Under the pieces are notes generated by a model that saw only the letters and a list, made by a program, of their open reading frames with translations, did no database searches and was not told the origin of the DNA. Both the position numbers and the translations under genes were made by a program. Below are positions 40,262-52,239 of a DNA stretch of 64,000 nt, in pieces (positions within the stretch are counted from its first letter, which is position 1; each line of letters begins with the position of its first letter). The DNA comes from Octopus sinensis (taxonomy: Eukaryota): assembly GCF_006345805.1 (NCBI RefSeq), contig NC_043001.1, positions 96,162,001-96,226,000 on the forward strand, read 5' to 3'.

Positions 40262-40485
40262 TCTTATATTTGTTTCAGTCATTTGACTGCAGCCATGCTG
40301 GAGCACCGCCTTTTGTCAGACAAATTGATCCCAGGACTTACTCTTTGTAAGCCTGGTACTTATTCTATCGGTCCCTTTTGCCGAACCGCTAATTGTCGGC
40401 GAAGTAAACACACCAGCATCGGTTGTCAGCGATGGTGGGGAACAAACACACACACAAATAACAAACACGCACAAATATATATACA

Positions 40486-40536
<51 letters not shown>

Positions 40537-40780
40537 CGGGCTTCTTTCAGTTTCCGAATAACAAATCCACTCAGTTTTATCTTTACTTGTTGCAGTCATT
40601 TGACTGGGGCTATGTTGCAGCACCGCCTTAAAGGGTTTTAGTCGAAGAAATCACCCCCAGGACTTATTCTTCGTATTCCTCGAACTTAATTTATCGGTCG
40701 CTAACTTACGGGGACATAGGCACACCACCATCGGTTGTCATGCGATCGCGTGGGGACAGAACAGACACACACACATAAAT
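40262..40780 (-). mobile_element. Two partial SINE family B copies
   Basis: Tail sequences start at about 40262 and 40583; heads truncated. Confidence 0.75.
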
Positions 40781-42200
40781 GCGTATGCATATGTGTGGGG
40801 GGGAGATGTAAAAAGGTTGAATCTAGATTCGTCCTTTAATTTGGAGGTTTCAAAAAACGATTTCTAATATTGATTCTTTGTATTTTGCTGGTAGCTTACA
40901 GGCGTAAATTTGCGAATATGAAAATAATACTTGTATATGATGCGTTGTGAATTTTTGGAAATAAATCCCATAAAAATCAACAATTTTGTTAAAAATGGAG
41001 AAGAGAAGATGTTAAAATATATAAGAGAGTTTTGATTCATGCAGACGATATGTAAGCATGTATGTGTAAGTGTGTATATGCGTGTATTTGCGTTTAACTC
41101 CTTAGTAATATTTTAATTACATTTATAACTTGCAACCACACAATTGATATGCCCAGAAAACGAACAGAGGACGTTAAAAAAAATTCAGTATATAGATGTA
41201 TCTAACACAGCGTGTCATTGGACTAATAACGTAGCCCCAACACTTTAAGGTTGAAATCTAAATCTTCTAAGTCCTTCAAGAAACCAAACAACAAACTTCT
41301 TCACACAATCAAACAGCACATTCAAAGTAATCAAATACGTTTGAAAAGCATTCGCAAAACAGTACGTGTATCATCTTCAAGAAAGCTGAAGGATAAAACA
41401 GTCAGGCACTATTGTGCATCTGATATCGAGACAGAATGAAATCTCAACAGCCTGATATAAAAACCGCATATATTATTAAAAGAAGGTCATTGTATGGTGT
41501 ATCTGATAATTCAACCAGTCTGCACATTTTTCTTTTTCTCTTAAAGGAAAATATTTCCCGAACGGCTATAAATACGTTTCAGTAAATAGAATTAATATGG
41601 GATAAACTTACAGGGATATTTTGTCTAATACCATAAAGAAGCATATTGAATATATTCCACAAATAAAACTAGACTGAAATGCGCCATCAAGTGACTCTGA
41701 AAACATGGTGGGTTGGCATTAAAGAACATAGGAGTAAAGAAAGGAATGATTTAGAAAGATTATATGTTCTCAACAGCACATCAAAATACTAGCTGACAGA
41801 CTCACTTACAAAATAATTCATCCGGTCGTCCATTTCGGGATCGCCACATCTCCATCAAACAACATTTAGAAATCGAAGGATAAATGAAAATATCTGAAGA
41901 TCTCCGAGTCAATCCAGCATAGACATTTAGGAACAGATCAAACTAATACTCTGAGTCGGTCTGCATTATCTGCCATTTTATGTTAATCTCAATGAAAACA
42001 ACGGATTAGTTTCCAGTTGATGTATGTCTAAATATCTTCAATCTATAAGAGATAATAACTCAGTTTCTACATTTCTTATATTGCCTAGAGTTACTTTATA
42101 TTGTTAAAAAATATTGTATCAAGCTCGCATTTCCTAACGTATGTGGAGGGCCAAGCGAAAGGAAACCTCAGTTTGGGTTACGCTATCTATTTTTAATATA

Positions 42201-42672
42201 CTTTACTCTTTTTTACACTTTTACTTCTTTCAGTCATTTGACTGCGACCAAGCTGGAGCACCGACTTTAGTCGAGCAAATCGACCCCAGGGCTTATTTTT
42301 TGTAAGCCTAGTACTTATTCTATCGGTCTCCTATGCCGAAACACTAAGTTACGGGGACCTAAACACGCCAGATCGGTTGTCAAGTGATGTTGGGGAACAA
42401 ACAGAGACACACAAATACACACACACACCACACAACACACACACAACACACAGACACCACACACACACACACACCACACACATATAATATATATTATAAT
42501 ATATATGCGACGGTTTTCTTTCAGTTTCCGTCTACCAAATCCACTCACAAGGATTTGGTCGGCCCGAGTCTATAGCAGAAGACAATTGCCCAAGGTGTCA
42601 CGCAGTGGGACTGAACCCGGAACCATGTGGTTGGTAAGCAAGCTACTTACCACACAGCCACTCCTACACCTA
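42201..42672 (-). mobile_element. SINE family B flanked by an 85-100 bp direct duplication
   Basis: Consensus match; flanks 42117-42200 and 42689-42772. Confidence 0.85.
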
Positions 42673-43069
42673 ATGTTCAAATATATTTTATCAAGCTCAC
42701 ATTTCCTAACGTATTTGGAAGGCCAAGCGAAAAGAAACTTCTGTTTGGGTCACGCTATCTATTTTTAATATATCGGCAATTAAATAGATACTTAGGAACA
42801 CATTGACACACACAAACACACACAGACACCCACACACACGTATACGATACATACACACACAAATACACACACACGCACACACATAAACATGCACTTACAA
42901 GCATACACATCTATCTGTCTATCTAAGTATCTATCTATCTGTCTGTCTACCTACCTACCTATATTTTTGTTTTAGTCATCCAGCTTCACTTGGTGATGTT
43001 ATGATGTTCCAGAAATCCATAGTGTTTTCAAGTAGTTAAAGTAAGTTGTTGAATCGCCAGTTCTATCAA

Positions 43070-43616
43070 TTTTTAAGATTGACTCAGAGTACAGCTGTCG
43101 TCTGAGTCAATCTTAAAAATTGACCCGCCTGGTTTCATGACGAATGAAGGTAAGCATTGCTTTCTCGTGATAGTAGCAGTTGCGAAAGGGGTTATATGGA
43201 AGACTAGAGTGAAAGGTATAATGGCAGACAACATGATCTCTGGCACCGCCCTGACGAACTTTTTCAAGTTCCATCTGAAAAGGAAGGTGGGGCTAGAGAA
43301 AATGTGTCTGTCAGAGTCTGTATTCAAAAAGAGATGGATGCGTGTTGCACGGATGCTAGGTGTGACAGACCTTGCATGAACACGCCATGATCACTTGCCA
43401 AAAGGTTTCAGTTAAAATAACAGGGTTCGTGGGGTCGGCTATCCTGTTCTTTTGACTTCATACGTCCCTTTTTGTTCGTGTGTTCTTGTAATTCATTCCA
43501 TTTCATTGTAAATAACTCATTCGATTTCATTGTAAATAATTCCATTTCCTTCACATGACCCCAAATCATGTTGCATTGTCCCCATCTGTGTAAACCCTTA
43601 GGGGTAATAAAGAAAT
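43070..43616 (+). mobile_element. 5'-truncated L1/Tx1-clade LINE with TSD
   Basis: RVQLSSESILKIDPP..FLVIVAVAKGVIWKTRVKG..FFKFHLKRKV..RW; TSD AGTTCTATCAA at 43059 and 43617. Confidence 0.8.
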
Positions 43617-43759
43617 AGTTCTATCAACTAGCAATAGTCAACTAACTAGATTAGTTGACTTTTAACTGACCGCTGTCTAAATAGTCGCTTCAGTCCCGAC
43701 TGATTCGTCTAGTTTCGTCGACTGAAGATCAATACGCCCCACTGCCCGTCCGCCATGCT

Positions 43760-44136
43760 ACTCCCCATAACTTCGCTGAAGATTCCGGCCCGGAATTTCT
43801 GGTACCACAGTTGACACTAGCTTACGCTTAATATCTGATCCCCATATACTGTATTACTATTCGTCGCACTTTCCGTTGCTTTGTTGCCTTTATTGAGCTC
43901 ATAAAGCCAAGTATGCCGAAAATGCTCCTTTATCATTTGCATTATAGCTTTGAAAAAAATAACTATTAACATTGAGCTGCACTCTTCAGCACTTGATCTA
44001 AGAATAAACACAAGGTTAAATTACTACTAGCTTTGCTTTTATAGCAAGTTGATGCAAGTAGTTTATCCCGCGCCCGCTTCGAATTTTAGTTCATGCATTT
44101 GAAAAAACTGCATTATTTATGGGATAACACAATATA
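43760..44136 (-). mobile_element. mariner 5' remnant (TIR plus N-terminal helix-turn-helix)
   Basis: TIR TATTGTGTTATCCCATAAATAATGC; KEHFRHTWLYELNKGNKATE..VYGDQILSVS*CQLWYQKFRAG. Confidence 0.8.
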
Positions 44137-44203
44137 TATAATATATATATATATGATTAAATAAAAAGAAATCAAACGGAAAATATGATATACCTGTGTG
44201 TAT

Positions 44204-44240
<37 letters not shown>

Positions 44241-44330
44241 TATACATATATATAGATAGATAGATGTATACCATATATATATATATAATATATATATATT
44301 ATATATATATATATATAACACACATATTTA

Positions 44331-44760
44331 AATTTAAAAAACGTGTAGTAAATAGATATACGAGCTTATTCTAAATACACACAAGCGGAAGGTCACAAAC
44401 GTCTGTTCAGTTATCCGCCAGAAGGTCGAGCGCAATTTCGGGTATTATAGACATTATTGCTTCCACTTTGGAGGCACCGGCAAGAAACCTACCGAGGGTG
44501 GTACCAAAACAACAAAACGAGACCGTTAGTAGATGAACAAGACAATACAATAAACAGAATAAAAGGTTAGGGCCGTTCCCATTCCCGGCAAGTTTCTTGC
44601 CGGTGCCTGCAGAGTGGGAGCAATATTATCGATAATGGCCGAAATTGCGCTCGACACTCTGGCCTATAATTGAAGAGGAGATGGTGACCTTCTGTGTTCT
44701 CCGTTCGTCTGTGTATTTAGTATATATTCATATATCTATGTACGACACGTTTTTAAAAAT
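44331..44760. mobile_element. Unclassified long-TIR fold-back MITE in (TA)n
   Basis: Imperfect inverted arms at about 44331-44488 and 44592-44760 (e.g. GGCACCGGCAAGAAAC / GTTTCTTGCCGGTGCC). Confidence 0.8.
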
Positions 44761-44789
44761 TATATCTATATATACATATATATACGTAC

Positions 44790-44842
<53 letters not shown>

Positions 44843-45609
44843 TATTATATATATACATATCTATATCCATCTATATATATATATATATACTTGTACATGA
44901 TGTGCTGTGAATTTATGGAAAGAAATTCCATAAAACTCAACATTTTTTTAAAATGGAGATGTTAAAATATATAAGAGAATTTTAATTCATGCAGACGATC
45001 CATTAAATGTATGTAGCACCTACACACATTTAATGGACAGAACCTATGATCAACATCACCACCTTACTAGCTTTGCTCATTATCAAACATACACATACAA
45101 ACACAAGATAACAGATTAGGTACACACTACTTTGCAACAAGCAACTCAACACGTTTTCGCTCGCTCTTCAGTATTGATATATGAATGACCATAAATATTT
45201 AATTCAAATTCAAGCATTTTCATTTCATTCTTTGTAAAATTGTTTTGTTTTTTTCTTCATTTTCTTCATTGACATTGCTTCTGGAAGCCAGATATGCGAA
45301 TATAAAACAAAATCAGGTTTTGACTTTATCAACGACTTGAAAGCTGCCAGGAAAACACCAAATGCCTCTGAATGGATTCTGCAAAGGTTTACTCGACACA
45401 GTGAATTACTTGTTGGTAGGTTAACTTGACCAGTCTTCGCTTAGATATCAATAGCAATAACAATCATTTTCTAAGTATTATCAGTAACGATTTTATTGCT
45501 TTCCTGTGATTCATCTAAAGCCTCTCGACGCACGATAAACACGTGAATCAATGACTAATGACTCACTTGACCAAAGTGTTTCATTGAACGTTTGCACTTA
45601 TAGGTATGG

Positions 45610-45645
<36 letters not shown>

Positions 45646-45848
45646 ATAATTTATGTTTTGGTTTATGTCTACCACTGTTTGAGTTTCATAATAGTGGTTT
45701 TATCTCTAATTTATATTTATATATATATATCATATATATGCATATATATAGAAAGAGGAAATTATATATACATGTATGTACGTATTCATATATATATATA
45801 TGTGTGTGTGCATATACGAAATAGATACAAATTTACATATATAAATAA

Positions 45849-45926
<78 letters not shown>

Positions 45927-46538
45927 TTATATGTGTATATGTGCATATGTGCATGTGTGAGTGAGTGTGTGTGTGAATGTATGTGTGTACGTGTATATAA
46001 TACTCAGTGAGGAAATAGATTTGCAAACATTACTATTTCGGACAAGATAAGATGTATAAATGCCCATATAAATAAGCGATATAAACACGGTAAAAGATAA
46101 ATTTGGGACAAGGTTGAGTGATGTAAACGATATAAATGATATCTCCGAGGTGATATCATTTTATCGGTGTCCTCACAAAAGAAACATAACATAAAAGAAC
46201 TTAACCTAGGAAAAAGAATAAATGAAATAATAAAAAATCGTTTGAAAGATAAAATTTCACCAACATGCTATAAACCTCTATATTCTTGTAATATGCAGAA
46301 GTGATGTTTTAGCATCAGAGAGTATAAACAGTTCCACTACGGAGAGAAAGAATCGATGCATGAAGTGCATGCTGTCTATCGATATTATTTCATTCCCTCT
46401 TTCTTCTTCAGTCGCTGTCAACTTTATATTTGATAATTTTTACGACTGCTGTTACTTTCGGTGTACGTTCTCTCTCCCTCGGTTATCGTAATATGATGGA
46501 ATAACCGTTGTTGGACTATATATATGTGTGTGTGTATG

Positions 46539-46569
<31 letters not shown>

Positions 46570-46626
46570 ATATATATATATATGTATGTACATATATATA
46601 TATATTATATATATATATGTGTGTGT

Positions 46627-46663
<37 letters not shown>

Positions 46664-46937
46664 GTGTGTATATATATAAGTATATATATATATATGTGTG
46701 TGTGTGTCTATCTATTCGTATGTATGTGTCTGTATATATGTATGTCTACGTATATATGTATATATATATATATATATAGGCATGTATGTATGTCTACGTA
46801 GGTATGTATATTTGTATATATATATATGCATATAGACTTATATGCATATATATACACATAAATGTATACATTTGCGTGTATATATATATGTATATACATA
46901 CATGTATATATATATATATATATATTTATTTATATAT

Positions 46938-46970
<33 letters not shown>

Positions 46971-47231
46971 GAAGGTTTGAAGTGATGTACAGATGATCAT
47001 ATATATTTTTATTTATTTACATCTTATTTAAATTTTTAAACGCTTTCTTCCGTTATCGGATTTATCAAAAGATGCTTCAAATTCAGTTTTGGTCATTTTA
47101 TAAAGAGTTTTCTGGGGTTTGCCAAGCTTGGAAGAGGAAAGAAAAAACATTTGAATTGGTCAAGGTTTTAATTGAAACACCAGATATTGTTTTGAATTTC
47201 TACAGTACAACTTACAATTGCAATTGCAGGC

Positions 47232-48430
47232 CTTGCTTTTTGTGCTCATTAAAGAATAGCATATATATAACAACTCGGGACCTTCGTCTTCAAGACCTCA
47301 AAACAACACTTATTGAAAGACAATGTCTACCCTCTCTTATCGACGAGGGAATTAAACGTGCCAAACAATTAGACACAATAACACTAAGAACAAAAAAACA
47401 TAGCACCACACCTCAAACCGAAACATTACTTTTTATATCAACACACAACCCCAGAAACAGTGAGGCATTCAACACTATTGTGCAAACTCTCCCTTTATTA
47501 ACTAGAGATCCAAAAATGAACGACATCCTGAAAACACACAAACTCATCAAATGCAAAAGACAAGACAAATCGCTAAAGTGACTACTAACAAATGCGAAGC
47601 TTTACAAAACAACCACGAAACCAACGGTTAAAAAATGTGGACGCCCGAACTGTGGAACCTGCCACCACCTGCTTGAAGGCTCGGACTTCCTTTTCAAACA
47701 AGGACAGAGGTTCACAATTAAAACTAGTTTCACCTGTGCCTCTGAGAACCTAATTTATGTAATAACCTGCTCGGGTTGCAGTCATCAGTACATTGGACAA
47801 ACGAGTTTAATTTTGAGGAAGAGAATTACTCTGCATAAGGAGGAAATCCGTTTCCCGCAATACAGACAAATCCCTCTTAGTGAACACATAGAAAAATGTG
47901 CAGGTAACATCAAACCAAATTTTACAGTCTTCCCTTTCTATATATCGGACACAATCTCTCAACTAGAACGCTTAAATACAGAAACTTTTTTCATTGAAAA
48001 ATACAAAACACGTCTGAATAAGCATGCATAACCAATTTTTATATTTCTACATATTACATCACTGTACATAAATCCCCTACTAAACAAGCGACCCCCCCCC
48101 CTTTTTTATTTTTATTTTTTAAACCTGTCTCCTTTCTGTACACATATTTTCCCCACCCAAAACCTAAACGGTTATCTCCCTTACAGACAACAAGAACAAT
48201 AATAACAACCAATTACCTCCCGTTACTTGTCAACTTATAAAATCATTCACTCGTGAATCTCGTTATAAACAACATGGACCCATTTTCTTCTTAAGAAAAA
48301 ATATATTTTCATATAAATTAAACATTGTATCATGAATAGCATTTGCGAAACCGGTCGATACATTACAAATTATACTATAACCATGTAAGTGTGCGTATTT
48401 TCCGTTTTTATTTTTCTTATATACATTACA
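47232..48430 (+). mobile_element. Penelope-like element, Neptune type, 5'-truncated (RT end, zinc finger, GIY-YIG, 3' UTR)
   Basis: One frame to 48031 with a single TGA at 47579: CGRPNCGTCHHL..NLIYVITCSGCSHQYIGQT..LRKRITLH..LSEHIEKC..ERLNTETFFI..LN. Confidence 0.9.
48326..48362 (+). ncRNA. Degenerate minimal hammerhead in the PLE 3' UTR
   Basis: TGTATC-ATGAATA-GC-attt-GC-GAAAC-CG-GTC-GATACA; stems intact, two core mismatches. Confidence 0.55.
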
Positions 48431-48599
48431 ATCCACCTCGTGGGAACAACCGGAATTCCTCTTTTCCATTACTACTATATATATATATATTATATATATA
48501 TATGTAAATATATATAAATATAAATATATATATAAATATAAATATATATATAATATATATATATATATAAATGTATATATATTTGTACATATTTATATC

Positions 48600-48731
48600 T
48601 CTCTTTTATTACTTATTACTTGTTTCAGTCATTTGACTATGGCCATGATGGAGCACCGACTTTAGTCGAGCAAATCGAACCCAGGACTTAATCTTTTTAA
48701 GCCTAGTACTTATTCTATCGGTCACTTTTGC
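48600..48731 (-). mobile_element. SINE family B tail fragment
   Basis: Match to the family B 3' end. Confidence 0.75.
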
Positions 48732-48786
48732 TACTACTACTACTCTTATATAAAGAATCATTCATATATATATATATATATATATA

Positions 48787-48864
<78 letters not shown>

Positions 48865-49698
48865 TGTGTATATATATATAGATGTAAATATATACACACA
48901 CACATATATATAGTCTCCATGATTGACCGCTAACTCTACAAGTTCTTTTTATTCTCTCTGTTTATTTTCTCGTGTTCCATTCTGCTTAAAAGCGTAGGCA
49001 CGAAACGTAAAGGACTTTCTCACCTTCCCGAGCGTGAAACTAATACAACTGCTTGTTGTTTATACATTTGTCTTATGTCGGTATATTCCAGGTTACGGCT
49101 ATCCGCAACAAGTTGTAAGTACTAAGAGGCAATGATGGCTAAGTGTCAGCAATTTCAAGCAATTTCACTGTAATTCCTCCGATGGTTACCTTTGGGTTCA
49201 CTTCTGTGCATTTCCATTCAGGGTCCCTTTAGCGAAGAGATATACACAAGGTAAAATATAAATTTGGGATAAACTGAGAGATGTAAGCTATATAAATGAT
49301 ATCTCCAAGGTGATATCAAGTTATCGCTGTCGTCGCAAAAGTAACATGGTAGAAAAGAACTTAATTTAAAAAGTAAAAAAACGGAAAAATAGCATGAAAG
49401 GTAAAATTTCTGTAACGTATTATAAAGCTCTGTATTCTAATATGCATAAGGTATGTTTTAGCCACAGAGAGTATAAACATTTCCCCTACGGAGAAAGAAA
49501 ACCATTACATCAACCCGTTGAGATACATGTTATATATCTATTTATATTATTTTACACTCTTTCTTCTTCAATCTCTGTCTTCTTTATGCATAATAAATTT
49601 TACGACTGTTGTTACCCTCATTGTACATACTTTCTTCTCCTTTTATCTTAATATGACGAATTTACCATTGTTGGAATCTCTCCTTCCCGCTCTTTCTG

Positions 49699-49765
<67 letters not shown>

Positions 49766-49933
49766 TATATTATATATATATATATAACTTATAAACAAGT
49801 GCAAAGCAAAAAAATTTCTAATGCCAATTTTTTTTCTTTTGCCCTTGTTTATAAGTTGTTTATAAATTTAACCTTTAAGGGTACTTTTTTAATATGTTGG
49901 CCATTGATAAAATTGTTTTCGAAACTATATTTG

Positions 49934-49965
<32 letters not shown>

Positions 49966-50376
49966 TTGCTAGTTTCAGCTCAGAGCTGCGGCCATGCTGA
50001 TGCACTGCCGTTTTGCTACATTGTTATTACTAAGAGCCTCCTCTAATATGTGGCACTTGGTGAAGAATGGAGTTTGATATAGCTACCCTCATTTGCACCT
50101 CTTGCCGTGAGGTAGGTTCATCTGGGACTCTCGACAGGAAGAGGTCCAGCTTTGATTTAAAAACCCCTACATCTACTTTGTGCAGTTCCTCAGACTCTTT
50201 GGGAGAATATTAAAAAGCTGTGGGCCCTTCAAACCCAGGCTGTTGTGGTAACTGGTCCTGAAGCGTGATGGCATTGCTATATATATATATTTAAGAGATG
50301 AGGAATTATATACATTATTTACATTATTTACATTATCTACATTCGACCGATATTTGTCCTGATCTTGTTTGTTGTT

Positions 50377-50419
50377 AACACAACGTTTCGGCTGATATAC
50401 CCTCCAGCCTTCAGGTATC
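50377..50419 (-). ncRNA. Hammerhead motif with a 3-nt core deletion
   Basis: GATAC-CTGA(-)AGGCTG..CAGCC-GAAAC-GTT-GTGTT. Confidence 0.55.
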
Positions 50420-50467
50420 TTGGGGAAATACCTTAGGAATGAGAACCCAGGTTCAATATTTTCCCAA

Positions 50468-50513
50468 GACTCCTGATGAAGGCTGGAGCGTATATCAGCC
50501 GAAATGTTGTGAT
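50468..50513 (+). ncRNA. Hammerhead motif, core intact, stem I damaged
   Basis: CTGATGA-a-GGCTG..CAGCC-GAAAT-GTT; stem I GACTC/GTGAT has two mismatches. Confidence 0.65.
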
Positions 50514-50716
50514 AACAACAAACAAGATGAGGACAAATAGCCGTCGAATGTAAATAATGTAAGTAATATAATTATGTAACATTTGGCGAAAATATACACG
50601 TAAAACCGGTAGTAATATATTGTATGCCGTCGTTGTTTCGGCAAAGAACGACTCTAGTTAAACTTTTCTGTTATGTCACTCACACCCACACCCAGGCACA
50701 CATACGCTAACTTATA

Positions 50717-50751
<35 letters not shown>

Positions 50752-51251
50752 AATAAATGTAAAGACTATATATTTTTAAACCATCTTGATGACAGAGCTC
50801 TCATTGAAATTAGACTTTTACTATCATTTATAATATGTGGTTACACGAACGATTGTTACGTATTAAAAATTACATTCTAAAATAACGATTATATATTTTA
50901 AAATAATTACGTTTCATAACTTGATGTTATTATTAACAATTACGCGGTTCTTTACATTCGTGTTAGTTATTGAAACAGCTGTAGAAGTAATGAAATTTTG
51001 TCACAACTACGGTTTTGCTTTTATTATTTCTGATACATATATAAGTATGTTGTATATATGCTTGTAACTTAATGTGTGTTTATCTGCTTATATAATTTAA
51101 GACGTTTTAACAATTAAAATGACAAACTTTAAAACAACTCTTGCGCAGGCCAGTGAGTAATCACCATTTTCAAATTCAATAAATGTATATCTTATAATCT
51201 CTCTTACGTTATATATTCGTATTGTGTTATTACTCGAGTAAAGTGCATGAG

Positions 51252-51298
<47 letters not shown>

Positions 51299-51326
51299 AT
51301 ATATATATATATATATACATACATAC

Positions 51327-51383
<57 letters not shown>

Positions 51384-52239
51384 ATACATACATATATATG
51401 TACATACATGGAACAATACATATATGAATGTATATTCGTTGTGTATGTAAATATATATTTATACATACATACATATATGCATGCATATATATGTGTGTGC
51501 TTGTATGTATGTATGAATGTACGTACATACGTATTGGTATGCGTGTGCTCATGTATGCAATAAAATATATTTTAATCCATCTGCAAAAAGTATTTTTCAG
51601 ATTCTAGTAGAAATATTATGATGAAGACAAACGAGAGATCTATAGATCACTAATATTTATGCAACTTACAGTTATTAATGCTATATGCCTCACGGTTTAC
51701 ATACTAATGCAGACACAGAACAAAAAAAATTCCTTGTTTAATATATAATCTACATCTCAGTTATAACAAGAGTTTTATATTAATAAATGTCATTTCTTTT
51801 TATCTTATACATATTTATATTTTTGCACGTTGTAAATTATGAAGGTAGTTGCATAGCTGCATGCCAAAAAGGCGCTCTGCCAGGAAACATATTTTTAATG
51901 AAAAGCATAGCAATTCTTATTCATAGAACAAAAACATAAATTAACTTTTATTATTACCTCAGAAAGAACGCCTCCTGGGTGGTTTTCAGCTGTTCTCTAC
52001 ATGACATTTACACATTTGGTACTCCGATTTTGCAGTTTTGTTGGTGCTGGGGAAGAACAGACTCCTCCAGTCGTTGTGTTGCGTCGCTTTGTTTTGTTAT
52101 GAGGTTTGGCCTGAGTCGTTTTATATATTGATGTTTTTATTTTCTTTTTTGAGTGTAATGCCAGTTGTATTATACTGTTAGGTAACATCCGTCTAGGGTA
52201 CATTTCCTAGCATTCGTTTACTTTATCAGATGCTTATTT

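Larger units (their letters stand above)
50290..50562. mobile_element. Head-to-head pair of HHR-bearing tails (same family as 14221-14515)
   Basis: 50290-50429 is the reverse complement of the tail; 50427-50562 is direct; AAAT microhomology at the junction. Confidence 0.85.

Noticed and set aside
47579-47581. In-frame TGA in the PLE ORF as possible selenocysteine
   Set aside because: It is not at a Cys-equivalent position, I saw no SECIS element, and a nonsense mutation (e.g. CGA to TGA) is the simpler explanation
48981-49015. HHR remnant GCGTAGGCAC-GAAAC-GTA
   Set aside because: Only the 3' half of the core survives; no CUGANGA and no clear stem I
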